Positions 1 to 8,472 of a DNA stretch of 64,000 nt are shown here, piece by piece; position 1 is the first letter of the stretch; every line of letters begins with the position of its first letter. The position numbers were made by a program, and so were the translations under genes. The stretch spans positions 30,890 to 94,889 of the forward strand of contig JBKPAG010000017.1 in NCBI GenBank assembly GCA_046726315.1. The letters run 5' to 3'. The notes below the pieces were generated by a model. It saw nothing but the letters and a program-made list of their open reading frames with translations. It made no database searches and was not told the DNA's origin. Source of the stretch: Actinomycetota bacterium (lineage in GTDB: Bacteria > Actinomycetota > Actinomycetes > Jiangellales > Jiangellaceae).

Positions 1-374
1 GGCCCAGCGCGCATGTTGAGTGCCGTCGTCACGTAGAGATGACCGGTGACCGTCGGCTCCGGCGTCGGTGCAGGAGTCCGGGTGGGTTCACGCTTGGCTG
101 TGGGGGTGGATATCGGCGTTGCAGATGCGGCCTCCGCCGATGTCGCGTGGCTGCGCAACGGCGGCCGCTCGTCCAGAGCGCGGCTGATGGTCACGATCCA
201 GCGTGATTGGGCCAGGACGCTGATCGGCTGCACGGCTGGAAGGTCATCAGTGGGCTCGGGCCACGCGGCCACGCCGACGGGCACGGCGATCAGGATTCCC
301 GCAGCCAGTGCAAGCGGGACAAACCGCCGTATGTAGGTCGAGCGGTTGGCGCGTTTGTGCCGAGCTGTCGGCAC
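1..374 (-). CDS. 5' part of an exported or membrane-anchored protein; the gene runs off the left edge of the window
   Basis: Absent from the ORF track because there is no stop inside the window. The reverse frame from GTG at 374 reads VPTARHKRANRSTYIRRFVPLALAAGILIAVPVGVAAW (basic N-terminus plus hydrophobic helix), then a Pro/Thr-rich linker (TPISTPTAKREPTRTPAPTPEPT), then GHLYVTTALNMRAG at the edge. GC3 is high. The start codon is uncertain. Confidence 0.35.
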   Translation of the reverse strand, partial: MPTARHKRANRSTYIRRFVPLALAAGILIAVPVGVAAWPEPTDDLPAVQPISVLAQSRWIVTISRALDERPPLRSHATSAEAASATPISTPTAKREPTRTPAPTPEPTVTGHLYVTTALNMRAG

Positions 375-492
375 CTGCTCATCACCATTAACGCTGCAGG
401 GGACAACGTTCGCAGTGGAACAGGCAACCACACCGAGGCCGAGATGTCACACCAGCAATGCCGACGCAGCGATGGGCGGCGGGCTTCCGGCT

Positions 493-2868
493 TCACGTGC
501 TGATCGGCTTCGCCGCTCGGCCAGACTCGGCCAGCTCCGTCAGCGCGCGCGCATACCCGGCGTCGGTCCAGTAGTCGGAATGGCCCTGGATCTCCTCAGC
601 CAGGGTCCGTGGGTCGACCAGCCGCCGGTCGACCGGCGGAGTCGCCACGGTTGGCGGATCGAGAGCCCAGGCGCCGATCGGATCGGTGTCGCGGTAGAGG
701 TTGCGCCAGCGGCCGCCGACTCGGTTGCGGATGGCGCGCAACGCGTCCGGTCCGAAGTAGGCCGGGAAGAAGCGCAGGTAGAGCCGGCGAACTGGTGAAC
801 CGTGGGTGAGCAGGTCGACCCGCTCAGCGGTCTCAGGTGCGAGCTGCAGCACTGTCGCCACCACCATGACGGAGCCTTGCGAATGGCCGGACAGCACCAC
901 CCGTGACCCCGGTGCTGCGGTGAGCCTTTCCACCCGCCGGGCCAGGTCTGGAATGGCTCGTTCGCCGTAGGACGGGGGGGCCAGGGGGTGAGCCGCCCGC
1001 GGGAAGAAGCTGCCGACGTCCCACAAGATCCCGATGGTCCGGCGCAATGTGGGGTTGCGGTAGGAGTTCCAGGCCAGGACGACGATGCCCAGCGCGAACA
1101 ATCCCATGATCCAAGTACCGAATGCGGTGACCGTCGACAACGGCGGTTCCTCGACGAAGCGCCAGTTCTGCTCGCCCGCGATGTAGACGCCGAGTGCCAC
1201 GAGAAGTAGGAGACCGGCAACGAGGACGATGCGGCCGACCACTCGGCCGACGTTCTCGATGGCCGACGCGATGGCGACCGCCACCGCAACCCGCCTCACC
1301 TGGCGATCGCTTGGCGACAGGCGGGCCGCCTCGTCTGGGCGTGCGGCCAGGATCTCGTCTGCGAGTGATCCCAACCGCCTTCGGATGCCGAGGGCAACGA
1401 CGGCAGTGATCACCACCAGCGCAATGGTGATGATTGCCGCAGCGGCGCCGGCCCATGCGAACGACGGCGGGACAACAATCGGCACCTCTGCCGTAGCGGC
1501 GGCCAGCCGCTCCTGGAAGGACCTGGCCGGATCGCTCGCGACAAGCTGTTGGACGACCAGGGTCCGGGCAGCCGTCTGTTGGCTGAGCACGGGGTATCCG
1601 AGCAACTCGGCGACCCGGTAGGTGATGCCAGCCGAGAAGCCGCCGGCGACTAGGAAGGCGATAGTGGCAACGGCCGGACCGCCGAGCCCACGCATGGCGA
1701 CTCGGGCTTCTGGTGTGGTGGGCACACCCCCCGCCTGCGCCCATGGACGTTGAACGGCGACCGAGACGGCGAGCAGCAGCAGAATCACGATGCCGGCGGT
1801 GAATGAGGTGAGGATCGCCCCGCGCAGGCCGGGTAGGCGTCCCGCTTGCTGCCATGGCCCGGTCCAGTCCCAGGCAGAGTACGCCGTAGCGATGGCGAGC
1901 AGGACGAGGGACGTCCTTCGCGCCAGCGTCGCTCCCTTCGGCGAGATCATCCTGGGCATCCGCCGAGCCGGCTCGGACTCGCCGGCACTGCGCCCACTCA
2001 CGGCTTCCGCACTGATCAGCACCGCGGCGTAGACCAAGATCGCCAGCGATGCGGTGCAGACCACAGCGCCCACGACCTGCGCAGCCCCGGTGGCGACCAG
2101 TGTGGTCGCCGGCCACACCACGAGCGCCGCCAGCAACGCCGTCGCGGCCGCGACGTGGGTCGTCCGCAGCATCGGCATCCCGGGATTACCTCGCCAGAAC
2201 TGAGAACGGCCGAGAGGCAGGTCCTCTGCCCTTTGCACCGTTGCGTCCGGCTCAGGATCGGTGGTCCGCAGCGTGCGTCGGCCCACAAGGCCGATCAGCA
2301 ACACGATCAGCAGTGGGATCACCGCGGTGATTGCGACTCGACGGCCTGGGCTGCCGAGGAGCTCGTCGAGGATTCCGCCGATCACCGGCGCCGACGATGC
2401 GCAGCGCTGGATCCGGCCGCATTGCCAGCCGGCCAGGTCGACCGCCACCAGCACAGCGGTCAAGAGCATCGTCAGGGTGAGGACCAGTCCCAGCAACCGG
2501 AGCAGCACCGCCGACGTGTGGCCGGCGAGCAGCTGCCGTCGGGATGGGCTCATCGGTATCGCGGGCAGCATCCAATGGGCGAGATTGACCAGCATCAGCG
2601 GGAGCAGCAGCAACCAAGCGGCGCGAGCTGCCGGCCCGGACGTCAAACCACCCCAGCTATAGGCCTCGAGCCGTCCGTTCTCGCCGAGATCGGCGGAGCG
2701 CCCGCCCGGATACCACCGCCGGTAGAACCCGGCCCGATCGTCGCCCGCAACCCGCCTCAGATTGGGAAAGCCGAGAATCGTCTGCGGCGTCGTGCCGCTG
2801 ACGCCGTGCACACGCAGCTCGGTCTTCCCATCGAGGCCCCGGTCCAGGCTCTCGTCCTGCTCGGCCAT
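493..2868 (-). CDS. Polytopic membrane protein with alpha/beta-hydrolase (lipase-like) motifs split by a large transmembrane region
   Basis: ORF 493..2883. The ATG at 2868 is preferred because GGGAGG lies 6 nt upstream. The N-terminus has ELRVHGVSGT (HG oxyanion-like strand). About 10 or more hydrophobic segments follow. The C-terminus has VVLSGHSQGS (GxSxG), RDTDPIG and QGHSDYW, which are candidate Ser/Asp/His residues. Confidence 0.75.
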   Translation of the reverse strand: MAEQDESLDRGLDGKTELRVHGVSGTTPQTILGFPNLRRVAGDDRAGFYRRWYPGGRSADLGENGRLEAYSWGGLTSGPAARAAWLLLLPLMLVNLAHWMLPAIPMSPSRRQLLAGHTSAVLLRLLGLVLTLTMLLTAVLVAVDLAGWQCGRIQRCASSAPVIGGILDELLGSPGRRVAITAVIPLLIVLLIGLVGRRTLRTTDPEPDATVQRAEDLPLGRSQFWRGNPGMPMLRTTHVAAATALLAALVVWPATTLVATGAAQVVGAVVCTASLAILVYAAVLISAEAVSGRSAGESEPARRMPRMISPKGATLARRTSLVLLAIATAYSAWDWTGPWQQAGRLPGLRGAILTSFTAGIVILLLLAVSVAVQRPWAQAGGVPTTPEARVAMRGLGGPAVATIAFLVAGGFSAGITYRVAELLGYPVLSQQTAARTLVVQQLVASDPARSFQERLAAATAEVPIVVPPSFAWAGAAAAIITIALVVITAVVALGIRRRLGSLADEILAARPDEAARLSPSDRQVRRVAVAVAIASAIENVGRVVGRIVLVAGLLLLVALGVYIAGEQNWRFVEEPPLSTVTAFGTWIMGLFALGIVVLAWNSYRNPTLRRTIGILWDVGSFFPRAAHPLAPPSYGERAIPDLARRVERLTAAPGSRVVLSGHSQGSVMVVATVLQLAPETAERVDLLTHGSPVRRLYLRFFPAYFGPDALRAIRNRVGGRWRNLYRDTDPIGAWALDPPTVATPPVDRRLVDPRTLAEEIQGHSDYWTDAGYARALTELAESGRAAKPIST

Positions 2869-2948
2869 TTCGCCTCCCGGCACACGATCTCACCGAGCGG
2901 AGGCGGCGGCAGCGATATGCGAATGTGTCGGGGCAGCTGACCGGACGA

Positions 2949-3455
2949 TCAACTGGATCGGCGTCGACTCAGTGCATGCGCCACGTTCACGGCGGCAATT
3001 CCGCCCCATGAAACGATCAGTCCAGCGATGCCGGCGTTTTCCGACGAGATCGCGGTGATGGGTATTCCGGCGCCAAGAGATACCAGACTCACGATCAAAC
3101 TGCTGTTGTCCCTGGTCTCTCCGGCTGGTTCACGGGCGGGCGCCTTCGGCTTCGAGCCGAAACGCTCTGCAACCTGCTCATCGACCCGCTCGGCTATCCG
3201 CTGGTCCAAGCGCGCCACGAAACTGTCGACGACAGCATCCTCGTAGTCCGCTCCGAGCTCGCGCCGGGCGCCGATCGCCGCCGAGAGGTCGTCGCGAGCC
3301 GGCAGGTCATCCGTCACGTGGCCAGGATAATGAGGGGCGACGCTCTCGTGGTCCCTGATTGTGAGAGGCGGGGTCAAACCTCGGCCGGCAGAGTCCTCGA
3401 CGGCTAGGGCCAATTCGCCGAGCCGTCCGATTCCCGTCCCGCATGTCTGAGCCAT
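2949..3455 (-). CDS. Hypothetical small membrane protein with a soluble acidic N-domain and a C-terminal hydrophobic hairpin
   Basis: 168-aa ORF. The C-terminus SLIVSLVSLGAGIPITAISSENAGIAGLIVSWGGIAAVNVAHAL looks like two TM helices. The start is uncertain: ATG 3455 has AGGAG only 2 nt upstream, and GTG 3317 is an alternative. No family recognised. Confidence 0.5.
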   Translation of the reverse strand: MAQTCGTGIGRLGELALAVEDSAGRGLTPPLTIRDHESVAPHYPGHVTDDLPARDDLSAAIGARRELGADYEDAVVDSFVARLDQRIAERVDEQVAERFGSKPKAPAREPAGETRDNSSLIVSLVSLGAGIPITAISSENAGIAGLIVSWGGIAAVNVAHALSRRRSS

Positions 3456-3640
3456 TCTCCTGCCGCCAGAAAATCGGCGACGATGTTCGCGATCTGCTCG
3501 GAATCGTCGAGTAGAAACAGCAGTGGTCGTCGTCGCCGGCTAGCAGTCATCGCCGGCCCGGCCGGCGACTACGCAGCCGAGGTCGGGGCCGCGCTCGATG
3601 CCATGGATCCGATGCGCTTGTCTCCAGCATGCTCGTCTCG
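3452..3640 (-). pseudogene. Remnant of the C-terminus of an alpha/beta-hydrolase gene
   Basis: The reverse frame reads PLLFLLDDSEQIANIVADFLAAGEW (plus 3452..3526). This resembles the tail of the intact hydrolase at 4669..5514 (GHLFLLERPTEIAALVADFLKRE). Upstream pieces (GIERGPDLGCVVAGRAGDD) lie in another frame and an in-frame stop intervenes. Boundaries are approximate. Confidence 0.3.
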
Positions 3641-3666
3641 CGCCGGACTGCCGCCTCGGCTTCTGA

Positions 3667-4359
3667 TCATTCGGTCTGTGCTTTCTCCGCCGCCAATCTC
3701 CCTGCGGCTTCGATCATCGGCTTGACGCTCTCGACCGCGCCCCGCCGTCGCACGGAATCAGCGCGCCGGAAATGTAGCTGGCGTAGGGGGAGGCCAGGAA
3801 CATCGCCAGGTATGCAATGTCGTCGAGGGTACCGAGGCGTCGCAGCGGCACGGCCGCGGTATTCTTTTCCTCCTCGCCGGGCGATGCCAGCCTGTGCATG
3901 CCCTCGGTGCCGGCGATCGGGGCCGGGCGAAATCGAATTCACACGTATACCGTCGTCTCCCCATTCCAGCGCCAGGACCCTGGTCAGCTGGTCGACGCCG
4001 GCCTTCGCTGCGCAAGCACTGGCCTGGTATCGCATCGGGATAAAGGACTGCGGCGCGGAGATGTTGATGACCGCCGCGCCCGCCGACTAAGAACGTCGAT
4101 GGTGCCAAACTGGCCTGCCGCGCTGTCGAACGCACGCACGACCGCGTCGAAGTCGCGGACGTCCGCGGCGACGCCGACAATGTTGCCGCCAATTGCCCCC
4201 AGCGCGGCCACGGCGGCGTTCGACGTTCTCCTGCTTACGACTGGCGACGGAAACGTTCGCGCCGTGCTTCGAGAAGTTCTCGGCGACCCCGAAGCCGATG
4301 TCGGTCGTGCCACCGAGGACGAACGCGTGCTTTCCGGTGAAGTCCAACGTCAGCGCCAT
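3667..4359 (-). pseudogene. Short-chain dehydrogenase/reductase (SDR) gene disrupted by about 4 frameshifts and probably an internal deletion
   Basis: SDR sequence is spread over two alternating reverse frames. MALTLDFTGKHAFVLGGTTDIGFGVAENFSKHGANVSVASRKQENV shifts near 4220 to NAAVAALGAIGGNIVGVAADVRDFDAVVRAFDSAAGQFGTIDVL. That shifts near 4085 to [55 protein letters not shown]. That shifts near 3920 to [60 protein letters not shown], and near 3738 to the tail [22 protein letters not shown]. The spacing from IDVL to INIS is only a few codons, against about 45 in typical SDRs. Confidence 0.7.
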
Positions 4360-4668
4360 GGTGACTGCTCCATTCTTCGAGACATGGTCACGGGTTCATC
4401 AGGTAGGCCGGACAGCGCCTTGACCTGCTCCCACAACCGCTCGAACCGCCCGGTGTCGATGACCGGTTTGCGCACGTTGGCCAGTGCCCACTGCTGTTGC
4501 GCCTCGGTGGAGGACGCCTTCCCATCTCACTGAACACCGAGAGATCCTGCGGGTGAGGCTGACTCGATCTTGCTGCCCGGGGATTACCGTCGCCAAGGCG
4601 AGATCCTACGGGGCTGGGATGCGAACCGTGACCCCGCGCGCCTGACCGGTACTGCTGTACAACGGTCG

Positions 4669-5514
4669 TCATGACCCCGCGATCATCGGCTCGTCGCTCT
4701 GCTCGCGTTTGAGAAAATCGGCGACAAGGGCCGCGATCTCGGTGGGCCGCTCCAAAAGGAAGAGGTGGCCTCCACCGCGGATGATCTCGAGCCGGGCGTG
4801 CGGGATGACCCTGGTGAGGATCTTGCCGTTGACCACAGGAACGATGGGGTCGTCGTCACCGACGAGTACCAGGGTGTGTTGCCGCAGACGCCACAGCCAT
4901 GGCAGTCCGGTCCAGAAGCTGATCGCGTAGAGCTGCCCGAGGTAACCGCCCAGGGATGGAGCCTCGGAGAACCGCGCGATCGAGCCGTGTAGCAGCGCGT
5001 CGGGGTCGCGGCGGGCCTCCCCGCCGTACAGCGTTCCGGCGATTCGGCGGTAGTAGTCCGGCGACTGGTAGCGGCGCGGGGTGGCGAGGGCGAGCAGGGC
5101 ACGCGGCGACCCGGGCACGCCGCCGAGGAGCGGTACGCCGGCCGCGGTGGCGGCCAGAACGAGCCGGCGCACGCGCTTGGGGGCCTGGTGGGCGAGCTGC
5201 TGGGCGAGGATACCGCCGAATGACACCCCGAGCACGTCCACCCGGTCGTAGCCGAGCGCCTCCAGCGCCCGCTCAACTGTGCGGGCGAGCCCGGGCATGC
5301 GGCGCGGCCGCCGGTACCGCGTGGACTCGCCGGTACCAGGCGCGTCCAGCGCTAGGGTCTGCACACCGTACGGGTTGAGGGCGCGCTCGAATGGAGCGGA
5401 CAGCTCCAGGCTCGCACCGATGCCGGTGAGCACCAACAGCGGTGACCCGGCCCCCCGGACGGAGGTACGGAGCTGCACCCCGTCGACGTCGATTCTGCGG
5501 ATGTCCGAGTCCAT
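4669..5514 (-). CDS. phaZ: Alpha/beta hydrolase, intracellular poly(3-hydroxyalkanoate) depolymerase (PhaZ)-like
   Basis: Collinear by eye with Pseudomonas PhaZ: GIGASLEL..PF, DAPGTGES, GVSFGG (GxSxG), LVLAATAAG, TPRRY, LYGGEARRDP, TLVLVGDDDPIVP, GGHLFLLE. The ATG at 5514 avoids overlap with the upstream gene; the track start at 5541 is also possible. Confidence 0.75.
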   Translation of the reverse strand: MDSDIRRIDVDGVQLRTSVRGAGSPLLVLTGIGASLELSAPFERALNPYGVQTLALDAPGTGESTRYRRPRRMPGLARTVERALEALGYDRVDVLGVSFGGILAQQLAHQAPKRVRRLVLAATAAGVPLLGGVPGSPRALLALATPRRYQSPDYYRRIAGTLYGGEARRDPDALLHGSIARFSEAPSLGGYLGQLYAISFWTGLPWLWRLRQHTLVLVGDDDPIVPVVNGKILTRVIPHARLEIIRGGGHLFLLERPTEIAALVADFLKREQSDEPMIAGS

Positions 5515-5521
5515 GCCTGCG

Positions 5522-6709
5522 TCAGGCGAAGGCGCCGACACCGGTGATGTCGCGTCCGACGATCAGTGTCTGGATCTCCGCTGTCCCCTCATAGCTGTAC
5601 AGCGCCTCCATGTCCGCCATGTGGCGCACGACGTGGTAGTCGAGCAGGATGCCGTTCCCGCCCAGGATCTCGCGGGCCATCCGGCACACGTCGCGGGCCT
5701 TGACGGTGTTGTTGAGTTTGGCCAAGGCCGCGATGGTGTCGGTGAACCTGCCCTCCTCGATCAGTCGACCCAGTCGCAGGCAGTACAGCTGCATCGCGGT
5801 GACCTCGCAGAGCATTGCGACCAGCTTGTCCTGGATCATCTGGAAGCTGACGAGCGGCTTGCCGAACTGCTGCCGCTCCTTCGCATACGCCACCGCGATC
5901 TCGTACGCCGCGACCGCGTGTCCAAGGGAGGCCCAGGCCACCGTGTTGCGGGTGCCGGTGAGCACCCGGCCGGCGTCCTTGAACGACCGGGCCTCCGGGA
6001 GGCGATTGGCCTCGGGCACCGGGCAGCCGGTCAGTCTGATGTCCGCGTTCCACACCGAGCGCAAGGCCACCTTGCCCTCGATCACGGAGGCGTGGAATCC
6101 CGGCGTCCCCTTCTCGACCAGGAATCCCTTGACCTGCCCATCAGCTACATCGCGGGCCCAGACGACCACCACGTCGGCGAAGGAACCGTTGCCGATCCAG
6201 CGCTTGCGGCCGTCGAGCATCCACTCGTCGCCGTCCCGCCGGGCCGACGTCTCCAAAGCGATCGAATCCGATCCGTGCGCCGGCTCGGTGAGCGCAAACG
6301 CGCCGATCTTCTCCAAGCGGGCCATCGGCGGCAACCAGGTGTCCTTCTGCTCCGCCGAGCCGAGCATGGCGATCGACTTCATGGCGAGACCGCAATGCAC
6401 GCCATGGAAGGTACCCACGCTCCCATCGCCGCGGCTGAGTTCCATGTTGACCAACCCCGCCGCGATCGGGCTCATGGGCGGGCAACCATAGCCCTCGATC
6501 CCGTCGCCCACCAGGTCCAGCTTGGCCAGCTTTTCCACGAGCGGGAACGGGAACTCCGCGCGCTCCCAATAATCGTTGATGACGGGAAGGACGTCATTGT
6601 CGACGAACTGCCGCGCCCGCATCAGGTAGTCCAGCTCGGACTCGGTGAGCTGCTCGGCAATCAGGAAGTAGTCGGTGCCTCGTGCCCGACCGATGTTGTC
6701 GGTGGCCAT
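5522..6709 (-). CDS. Acyl-CoA dehydrogenase, glutaryl-CoA dehydrogenase-like
   Basis: ACAD motifs: FALTEPAHGSDS, RWIGNG, and the C-terminal YEGTAEIQTLIVGRDITGVGAFA typical of the GCDH-like subfamily. ATG 6709 is preceded by GGGAG. It starts 9 nt after the phaC stop. Confidence 0.85.
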   Translation of the reverse strand: MATDNIGRARGTDYFLIAEQLTESELDYLMRARQFVDNDVLPVINDYWERAEFPFPLVEKLAKLDLVGDGIEGYGCPPMSPIAAGLVNMELSRGDGSVGTFHGVHCGLAMKSIAMLGSAEQKDTWLPPMARLEKIGAFALTEPAHGSDSIALETSARRDGDEWMLDGRKRWIGNGSFADVVVVWARDVADGQVKGFLVEKGTPGFHASVIEGKVALRSVWNADIRLTGCPVPEANRLPEARSFKDAGRVLTGTRNTVAWASLGHAVAAYEIAVAYAKERQQFGKPLVSFQMIQDKLVAMLCEVTAMQLYCLRLGRLIEEGRFTDTIAALAKLNNTVKARDVCRMAREILGGNGILLDYHVVRHMADMEALYSYEGTAEIQTLIVGRDITGVGAFA

Positions 6710-6718
6710 CGCCACTCC

Positions 6719-8470
6719 CTATTTCTCGAGGACATAGGTGCCGGGAGCGTCAGCCAGCGGTTCCAACCCGGCGCCGCCGAGCTCGGTAGGTGCGGGCCTC
6801 TCCGGGCCGCAGCGGTCCCGCAACCATTCGACGTAGTCGGTCCACCAGGTGCCGTCGGCACGCGGCGCCGTCTTGACGAACTCGGCCGGGTCCTTCGGGT
6901 TCTGCTCGGACACCTGGTACTTCGCCTTGGGATTGCCCGGCGGATTGACGATCGCGGCGATGTGGCCGCTCGTCGACAGCACGAACCGGGTGTCGCCACC
7001 CAGCAGGTGAACAGTGCGATAGCAGGACTCCCAGTCGCACAAGTGATCGGCGATGCCAGCGAGCACGTAAGCATCGGTCTTGACCGAGCTGAGATCAACC
7101 GGACTGCCGAGCAGTTGCGCCTGCCCGGGCTTGGTCAGCGAGTTCTCCACTGCTAGCTCCAGGAAGTCCCGGTGCAGACGCGCGGGCATCCTGGTCACGT
7201 CCGCATTCCAGAACAGGATGTCGAACGCCGGAGGCGACTTGCCGAGCAGGTAGTTGTTCACCCAGTAGTTCCAGACCAAGTCACCCGGACGCAGCCAGGC
7301 GAATACCTCGGCCAGGGTGCGGCCGTCCAGGTAGCCCTTCCGGGCCGAAACGGCGGCCGCCGCCTCCGCAGTACGCCGATCCACGATCGCACCCGCCAGC
7401 CCGGCACGCGACTGGTCGAGCACCGTGACGACGAGTGTCAACCCGGCCAGCCGGGTGGAGTCTCCGATGGCGGCCAGGTGGGCGGCGGTCATGGACGACA
7501 CGACGCCCCCGGAGCACGCACCATAGAGCACAACGCCTTCCGCGCCGGTCACCTGCTGGACGCCGTCCAGTGCGTCCAAGATCGCCCGGGCGTAGCTGTC
7601 GAACCCCCAGTCGCGGTGTCGAGCGTCCGGGTTGCGCCAGGAGACCACGAAGACCTGGATGCCCTGCTGCACGAGGTACTCGGCCATGCTGCGCCCGGCG
7701 GCCAGGTCCATGACGTAGAACTTGTTGATCATCGGTGGGATCACAAGCAATGGCCTGCTCAGCACGGTCGGGGTCTGCGGTCGGTACTGGATGAGCTCAA
7801 ACATCTCGGTGCGCAGCACCACGGCGCCCGGCGTGGCCGCGATGTTCTCACCCAGGCGGTACGGGGTGCGGTCGACCATGCTGGGTATCCGCGGTGGCGC
7901 CGACATGTCGCTGATGAAGTTCGCAGCACCGCGCAGGAAGTTCAGGCCCGCTGTGTCCACCCCGGCCTTGAGTGCCTGCGGATTGGTCAGTGGGGAGTTG
8001 GACGGCGACAGGGCATCGATGAGGTTCTCCGTGATGAATTCGATCCGCTGGGCCGACGCCCAGTCGAGATCCGCATCGTCGATGATCGCCTCGGCCGCCG
8101 TGCTCGCCGCGACATATCCCTGGGCAAGGCGGCGCAACAGCGGGTTTTCGGTCCAGGCGGGATCGGCGAACCGTCGATCCCGGGGCGACGGCTGGACCTG
8201 TGACGTCCCCACCGCGATGCGGCCCAATTCCGCCGCCAGCCCCCAGCCACGGCGCGGCAGTACGCGTGGCTTGCGTACCAACCCAAGGCCGAGCTTGACA
8301 CCGGCCATGCCCGGGACGAACCGCCGGTAGCTGCCGAGCGCCGCGTCCGCCAAGAGCACGTCGAGCGGCTCGGCGCGGGCGCCGGACCGGTCGTTGACGT
8401 TGCTACTGTCGCTGAGTTGCCGCCGAAGAGCGTTGCGCCTCACGGGTTCCGCCGGTCCGGTCGCGGCCAT
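6719..8470 (-). CDS. phaC: Poly(R)-hydroxyalkanoate synthase, single-subunit class I/II type
   Basis: 583 aa. Has PLLVIPPMINKFYVMDLA (PhaC N-domain signature) and the lipase box with catalytic Cys, LYGACSGGV. ATG 8470 lies 2 nt after the fadD stop (TGACGATG). Confidence 0.85.
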   Translation of the reverse strand: MAATGPAEPVRRNALRRQLSDSSNVNDRSGARAEPLDVLLADAALGSYRRFVPGMAGVKLGLGLVRKPRVLPRRGWGLAAELGRIAVGTSQVQPSPRDRRFADPAWTENPLLRRLAQGYVAASTAAEAIIDDADLDWASAQRIEFITENLIDALSPSNSPLTNPQALKAGVDTAGLNFLRGAANFISDMSAPPRIPSMVDRTPYRLGENIAATPGAVVLRTEMFELIQYRPQTPTVLSRPLLVIPPMINKFYVMDLAAGRSMAEYLVQQGIQVFVVSWRNPDARHRDWGFDSYARAILDALDGVQQVTGAEGVVLYGACSGGVVSSMTAAHLAAIGDSTRLAGLTLVVTVLDQSRAGLAGAIVDRRTAEAAAAVSARKGYLDGRTLAEVFAWLRPGDLVWNYWVNNYLLGKSPPAFDILFWNADVTRMPARLHRDFLELAVENSLTKPGQAQLLGSPVDLSSVKTDAYVLAGIADHLCDWESCYRTVHLLGGDTRFVLSTSGHIAAIVNPPGNPKAKYQVSEQNPKDPAEFVKTAPRADGTWWTDYVEWLRDRCGPERPAPTELGGAGLEPLADAPGTYVLEK

Positions 8471-8472
8471 CG

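Noticed and set aside
3667-4359. Reading the SDR frameshifts as programmed ribosomal frameshifting or as four separate small genes.
   Set aside because: There are four alternating shifts plus a missing core segment. No slippery-site pattern recurs at the junctions, and the individual pieces lack starts and complete domains. A pseudogene, or less likely sequencing error, is the simpler reading.
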